Origin: Defluviicoccus sp. | Lineage (GTDB): Bacteria; Pseudomonadota; Alphaproteobacteria; MPNO01 | DNA length: 64,000 bases | Assembly: GCA_028820505.1 (NCBI GenBank) | Contig: JAPPIT010000117.1 | Span: 6,777 to 70,776 of the forward strand | Direction: 5' to 3' | Shown: piece by piece, positions 59,285-64,000 of the stretch | Layout of the letters: each line of letters opens with the position of its first letter | Position numbering within the stretch: the first letter of the stretch is position 1 | Notes under the pieces: generated by a model | What the model saw: the letters and a program-made list of their open reading frames with translations, nothing else | Databases searched by the model: none | Told to the model about the DNA's origin: nothing | Position numbers and translations under genes: made by a program

Positions 59285-59986
59285 TCAGCCCTCCCCGCCG
59301 CCCCGGAAGCCCCGCGCGACGAGGTAGAGCTCGGCGGATTCCGGGCGCGAGGCGGCGGGCTTGACGCTGCGCACCTCGCGGAAGCCGCGCTTGAGTTCGG
59401 CCACGAAGCCCGCGTCACCGCCGCCGTGGAACGCCTTGACCACGAACCCGCCGCCGGGCCTGAGCACCCGCCGGGCGACGTCGAAGGCGAGCTCGGCGAG
59501 GCGCCGGTTGCGGATCTGGTCGGTGCCGCGGTGGCCGGTCGCGGAGATCGCCATGTCGGACAGCACGAGGTCGACGCGGCCGGCGAGCTCGCCGGTCAGC
59601 GCTTCGGCCGCCGCGTCGTCGTCGAGATCGACGGTCCGGACCTCGACGCCCGCGACCGGCTCCATCTCCGTGCGGTCGAGGGCGATGACGCCGCCGCCGG
59701 GCGCGCGCTCGGCGGCGACCTGGGTCCAGCCGCCCGGCGCGGCGCCGAGATCGAGGACCCGGGCGCCCGGGCGCAGCAGGCCGAACCGGTCGTCGATCTC
59801 GATCAGCTTCCAGGCGGCGCGCGAGCGGTAGCCCTGCTTCGCGGCGGCGGCGACATAGGGGTCGTTGAGCTGGCGTTGCAGCCACCGCGTGGACGAGGGC
59901 TTGCGCCCCCGGGCGGTCTTCACCCGGACGGTCGCCCCGCGCCGCCCGACCCGCCCGCCGCCCCGTTTCCCGTCACGCGCGGCCAT
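59285..59986 (-). CDS. rlmE: 23S rRNA Um2552 methyltransferase RlmE/FtsJ
   Basis: WLQRQLNDPY, GYRSRAAWKL, DLGAAPGGW, VLSDMA, KP.ASR.ES.E.Y. Confidence 0.96.
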   Translation of the reverse strand: MAARDGKRGGGRVGRRGATVRVKTARGRKPSSTRWLQRQLNDPYVAAAAKQGYRSRAAWKLIEIDDRFGLLRPGARVLDLGAAPGGWTQVAAERAPGGGVIALDRTEMEPVAGVEVRTVDLDDDAAAEALTGELAGRVDLVLSDMAISATGHRGTDQIRNRRLAELAFDVARRVLRPGGGFVVKAFHGGGDAGFVAELKRGFREVRSVKPAASRPESAELYLVARGFRGGGEG

Positions 59987-61016
59987 GGGCGGGCCCGGCG
60001 CCGAGCTCGGCGGCAAGCTGGAGCAGGATTCCCTCCCGGACGCCGCGGTCGGCGACGCGCAGCCTTCCCGCCGGCCAGGTGCGGCAGATCGCTTCGAGGA
60101 TGGCGCAGCCGGCGACCACGAGGTCCGCCCGCCCGTTGCCGATCGACGGGTGAGCGGCGCGCTCGGCGTAGTTCGAGCGGGACAATAGGAGGCTGATCCG
60201 GCGGATCTCGTCGAAGGTGAGGTAGGAACCGTCGACCACGGCGCGGTCGTAGCGCTCAAGGCCGAGGCTGACGCCGGCCAGGGTCGTCACCGTGCCGGCC
60301 GTCCCCAGCATCTGCACGCGGCCCTGCCCGATCCTGCGCCGGATGCCATGCTCGGCATCGAACGGCGCCAGCATGGCGGCCACCTCGCGGACGGTCGTTT
60401 CGTACTCGTCCGCCGAGAAATCGTCGGCTCCGTGCCGCTCGGTCAGCGTCACCACGCCGACCGGCAGCGAGATCCAGCCGAGGATTTCCTGCCCGCCGTC
60501 GCCCGTCAGCCTGAGCCAGACGATCTCGGCGCTGCCCCCGCCGACGTCGAAGATCAGCCCGTAGGGCACCGCCGGGTCGAACAGCGGCAGGCAGCCCATC
60601 AGGGTGAGCCGCGCCTCCTCGCGCGACGAGATGATGTCGAGCTCGATCCCGGTCTCGGCGGCGACCCGGGCGAGGAAGCCGGCGCAGTTGGCCGCCCGGC
60701 GCGCCGCCTCGGTGGCGACGTAGCGCGCGCGCGCGACCCGGTGGCGGCGGATCTTGGCGGCGCAGACGGCGAGCGCGTCGACGGTGCGCTCGATCGCCGT
60801 CTCGCAGAGCTCCCCGGTGGCGTCGAGCCCCTGGCCGAGCCGGACGATCCGCGAGAACCCGTCGATCACCCGGAACCCGCCGGCGCTCGGCCGCGCGATC
60901 AGCAGTCGGCAGTTGTTGGTGCCGAGATCGAGGGCGGCGATGGTGCGGCCCCGGCGGCGGCGCCTGCCCGCCGCGGTCGGGGAAGATCGCGTTCCGTGCC
61001 CTGGCCGATCGTCCAC
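59973..61016 (-). CDS. Ppx/GppA phosphatase family protein
   Basis: ALDLGTNNCRL, RIVRLG, ATEAAR, EEARL, DVGGGS, GTAGT, RADL, RGVREG; GTG start after a GGAGG RBS. Confidence 0.92.
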   Translation of the reverse strand: MDDRPGHGTRSSPTAAGRRRRRGRTIAALDLGTNNCRLLIARPSAGGFRVIDGFSRIVRLGQGLDATGELCETAIERTVDALAVCAAKIRRHRVARARYVATEAARRAANCAGFLARVAAETGIELDIISSREEARLTLMGCLPLFDPAVPYGLIFDVGGGSAEIVWLRLTGDGGQEILGWISLPVGVVTLTERHGADDFSADEYETTVREVAAMLAPFDAEHGIRRRIGQGRVQMLGTAGTVTTLAGVSLGLERYDRAVVDGSYLTFDEIRRISLLLSRSNYAERAAHPSIGNGRADLVVAGCAILEAICRTWPAGRLRVADRGVREGILLQLAAELGAGPAHGRA

Positions 61017-61134
61017 GTCCGTCGCCCCTCCACGGCCGAATTCTACAGGCAACGTTAGATATCGAACAAATGGGGCCGGGAGACCGTCTTGATCGGCCAT
61101 CGAATGACGCTATTCTCTGCCGTTCCCGACCCGC

Positions 61135-61208
61135 TGGGGGATAGTTTAACGGTAGAACTCTCGGCTCTGACCCGAGCAGTCCTGGTTCGAATCCAGGTCC
61201 CCCAGCCA
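61135..61208 (+). tRNA. tRNA-Gln (anticodon CTG)
   Basis: TGGGGGA acceptor, D-arm AGTTTAACGGTAGAACT, anticodon arm CTCGG-CTCTGAC-CCGAG, T-arm CCTGG-TTCGAAT-CCAGG, encoded CCA. Confidence 0.97.
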
Positions 61209-61240
61209 TCCGCGGCGAAGTCCGACATGCCGAGACCCAG

Positions 61241-62098
61241 ATGAAGCCGGCACCGTTCACCCATCATCTGCCGGGGACGGTCGACGAGGCGGCGGCGCTC
61301 CTGGCCGCCCATGCGGCCGAGGACGCGCGGATTCTCGCCGGCGGCCAGAGCCTGGTGCCGACGATGGCGTTCCGGCTCGCGCGTCCCGCGCACCTGATCG
61401 ACATAAACGGCATTTCCGGGCTCGACGGCATCGCCCAAAATGCCGACTCGATGTCGATCGGCGCGCTCGCCCGGCATTGCGACTTCCACCGCCCTGTCGA
61501 CGACGGGCCGCTCGGCGCGCTGCTCGCCGCGGTCGTCCGGCATATCGGGCACTACCCGATCCGCATGCGCGGCACGTTCTGCGGCAGCCTCGCCCACGCC
61601 GACCCGGCATCCGAATGGTGCCTGGTCGCGGCGGCGCTGGACGCAAGGCTGACCGCGCGGAGCGTGCGCGGCGAGCGGGAGATCGCGGCGTCGGCATTCT
61701 TCGAGTGGGCGATGACGACCGCGCTCGCCGAAGACGAGCTGCTGGTGCGGGCGGCGCTCCCCCGGCTCGCGCCCGACACGCGCTGGGGGTTCCATGAGTT
61801 CGCCCGCCGCGCCGGCGATTTCGCGCTGGCGATGGCGCTCGCGCTCTACCGGGTCGAGGACGGGGCGATCGTCGAGCCCAGGGTGGGGCTCGGCGGGGTG
61901 GAAGCGTTCCCCCGGCGGATCCCGGAGGCCGAGGCGGTCCTCGCGGGGAAGGCGCCGGGGCCGGACCTGTTCCGCGAGGCCGGCGCGGCGGTCTCGGACG
62001 CGGCGGACGCGATGGCGGATTCCCACGCGAGCGCGGAATACCGGAGCGAGATCGCCGCCGTCATGGTCGAGCGCGCGCTCGCGGACGCCGCCCGATGA
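61241..62098 (+). CDS. FAD-binding subunit (CoxM-like) of a second Mo-hydroxylase
   Basis: MKPAPF, LAGGQSL, IR.RGT.CGSLAHADPASE, RRAGDFA. Confidence 0.93.
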   Translation: MKPAPFTHHLPGTVDEAAALLAAHAAEDARILAGGQSLVPTMAFRLARPAHLIDINGISGLDGIAQNADSMSIGALARHCDFHRPVDDGPLGALLAAVVRHIGHYPIRMRGTFCGSLAHADPASEWCLVAAALDARLTARSVRGEREIAASAFFEWAMTTALAEDELLVRAALPRLAPDTRWGFHEFARRAGDFALAMALALYRVEDGAIVEPRVGLGGVEAFPRRIPEAEAVLAGKAPGPDLFREAGAAVSDAADAMADSHASAEYRSEIAAVMVERALADAAR

Positions 62099-62580
62099 CC
62101 GCGCCGCGCGAAGTCTCGTTCACGGTCAACGGCGCGGCGCACACCGTCCGCGTCGAGCCGCGCAAGACGCTCGCCGACACGATCCGCGAGGATTGCGGGC
62201 TGACCGGCACCCATCTCGGCTGCGAGCACGGGGTGTGCGGCGCCTGCACGATCCTGCTCGACGGCGCGCCGGTGAGGAGTTGCCTGATGTTCGCGGTCCA
62301 GGCCGAAGGCGCGGCGATCCGCACCGTCGAGGGGCTCGCCGAAGGCGATCGGCTCCACCCATTGCAGCAGGCCTTCATCGACCGTCACGCGCTGCAATGC
62401 GGGTTCTGCACCCCGGGCTTCCTGATGCTGGCGGCGGGGGTGCTGGAACGCGAGCCCGACATCGACGAGGACGGGCTGCGCGAGGCGCTGGCGTCCAATC
62501 TCTGCCGCTGCACCGGCTATCTCAACATCCTCGACGCGGTGAGGGACGCCCGGGCCGCGATGAGGGCCGGGCCGGGATGA
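62095..62580 (+). CDS. (2Fe-2S) subunit (CoxS-like)
   Basis: GCEHGVCGACT, QCGFCTPG, NLCRCTGY. Confidence 0.95.
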   Translation: MTAPREVSFTVNGAAHTVRVEPRKTLADTIREDCGLTGTHLGCEHGVCGACTILLDGAPVRSCLMFAVQAEGAAIRTVEGLAEGDRLHPLQQAFIDRHALQCGFCTPGFLMLAAGVLEREPDIDEDGLREALASNLCRCTGYLNILDAVRDARAAMRAGPG

Positions 62581-64000
62581 CGTCCCGCCGCGGGGCGTGG
62601 ATCGGCAAGCGCGTCGCGCGTCTCGAAGACCCGCCGCTGGTCCGGGGCGCGGGCCGGTTCGTCGCCGACATGTCGTTTCCGCGCCAGCTGCACATGCGCG
62701 TCGTGCGCTCCGACCGGGCGCATGCCGAGCTGCTCTCCGTCGACGCCGAAGAGGCGCGCGCGGCGCCGGGCGTGGCCGCGGTGTGGACCGCCGCCGACGT
62801 CGCCGATATCGGCCCGATCGCGTTCCGCGCCACCCGGGTGAAGGGGCTCGAGCCCTACCGGCAGCCCGTCCTCGCGCGCGGGCACGTGCGCTATGTCGGC
62901 GAGCCGGTCGCGGCGGTGTTCGCCGACAGCCCCTATCGGGCGGAGGACGCGGCGGAGCGGGTCGCGGCGGCGTATCGCGACCTGCCGCCGATCCTCTCGG
63001 CCGCGGACGAGCCCGGGCCGTTCGACGCGGCGCATTCGACCGAGGCGCACGTGCTGGAGAAGGCGCGCGGCGACATCGGGGCCGCGTTCGCGGGCGCCCA
63101 TGCGACGGTCGAGATCGAGGTCGCGGTCGGCCGCCATTCCGCGGTGCCGATGGAGACCAGGGGCGCGGTCGCGGTCCACGATTCCGGGCGCGACGTGCTC
63201 GAGCTCTACGGCGCGACCAAGCGGCCGCATTTCAACCGCGACCAGATGGCCGCGGCGCTGGGCCGGCCGCCCTCTTCGGTCCAGTTCTACGAGGGGCAGA
63301 TCGGCGGCGGGTTCGGCGTGCGCGGCGAGCTCTACCCGGAGGAGTACCTGGTGTGCGCGGCGGCGCTCCGCCTCGGCCGGCCGGTCAAGTGGATCGAGGA
63401 CCGCTGGGAGCATCTGCAGGCGACCAACCATTCACGCGAGCAGACCCACCGGATCCGCGCGGCGGTGGATGCCGACGGCACGGTGCGCGGCATCGACGGC
63501 ATCTTCTTCCACGACCAGGGCGCCTATATCCGCACCCACGGCGTGCGCGTGCCCGACATGACGGCCGGCATGATGCCGGGCCCCTACCGCATACCTGCCT
63601 ACCGGTCGCGCGGGCACGTGCGGCTCACCAACAAGACGCCGGCCGCGACCTACCGCTCGCCCGGCCGCTACGAGGCGACATTCGCGCGCGAACGCCTGCT
63701 CGATGCCGTCGCCGCGCGCCTGAATGCCGACCCGGTCGACATCAGGCGCCGCAACCTGATCGCGGCACGGCAAATGCCGTTCGCGGGCGGCATCGACACG
63801 ATCGACCACGAGGTGGTCTACGACTCGGGCGACTACGCGATGCTGCTCGACAAGGCGCTGGCGCGCGCCGGCTGGGACGAAATGCAGACCGAAATGTCGA
63901 CTCGCCGCGCGAATGGCGAGCTGGCCGGCGCCGGGCTCGCGCTGTTCGTCGAGAAGAGCGGCCCCGGTCCGGCCGACGGGGTGCGCATCCGCATCGACAC
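62577..64000 (+). CDS. Xanthine dehydrogenase family Mo-binding subunit (CoxL-like), truncated by the window end
   Basis: ATG 62577 (ATGA overlap) reads MTSRRGAWIGKRVARLED..VRS..AHA..IGGGFGVRGE..TPAATYRSPGRYE and stays open to the end. Absent from the ORF track because it has no stop. Confidence 0.9.
   Translation, partial: MTSRRGAWIGKRVARLEDPPLVRGAGRFVADMSFPRQLHMRVVRSDRAHAELLSVDAEEARAAPGVAAVWTAADVADIGPIAFRATRVKGLEPYRQPVLARGHVRYVGEPVAAVFADSPYRAEDAAERVAAAYRDLPPILSAADEPGPFDAAHSTEAHVLEKARGDIGAAFAGAHATVEIEVAVGRHSAVPMETRGAVAVHDSGRDVLELYGATKRPHFNRDQMAAALGRPPSSVQFYEGQIGGGFGVRGELYPEEYLVCAAALRLGRPVKWIEDRWEHLQATNHSREQTHRIRAAVDADGTVRGIDGIFFHDQGAYIRTHGVRVPDMTAGMMPGPYRIPAYRSRGHVRLTNKTPAATYRSPGRYEATFARERLLDAVAARLNADPVDIRRRNLIAARQMPFAGGIDTIDHEVVYDSGDYAMLLDKALARAGWDEMQTEMSTRRANGELAGAGLALFVEKSGPGPADGVRIRID

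Noticed and set aside
61209-61240. Prophage or integrative element at tRNA-Gln
   Set aside because: No integrase, phage gene or att duplication within the window.

Overview
GC-rich chromosomal window from an alphaproteobacterium. The gene order cfa-dnaB-alr-mlaE-mlaF-radA-cvpA-purF-SDR / der-bamB-yfgM and ppx-rlmE-tRNA-Gln suggests a Rhodospirillales-like lineage (inference). Housekeeping blocks alternate with catabolic and transport genes: a Bug/TctC binding protein, ADP-forming acyl-CoA ligase, IorAB, a MetE-like enzyme, a sugar-type ABC transporter, two flavin monooxygenases, MFS carriers, two Mo-hydroxylase (CoxMSL-type) operons, a TarD-like enolase, an omega-aminotransferase and an HD/AhpD/2OG-Fe triad. 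I see no integrase, transposase, prophage or CRISPR array. Most notable signals: (1) an Lpp/OprI-like alanine-zipper lipoprotein ending in Lys-Lys next to an ErfK/YcfS-type L,D-transpeptidase, a candidate Braun-type envelope tether in a group generally thought to lack Lpp; (2) CGTC/TGTC-tagged palindromic REP doublets whose internal spacer occurs in both orientations relative to conserved flanks, plus a REP-bounded MITE-like composite; (3) two orphan antitoxin remnants (AbrB-type and Phd-type), each missing part of the DNA-binding region, alongside one intact higBA; (4) two parS-like sites fused into a 61-bp palindrome; (5) an fni-NUDIX couple that could supply DMAP to UbiX. All product calls come from motif recognition by eye, not database searches. 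Several start codons were re-chosen from the ORF track.
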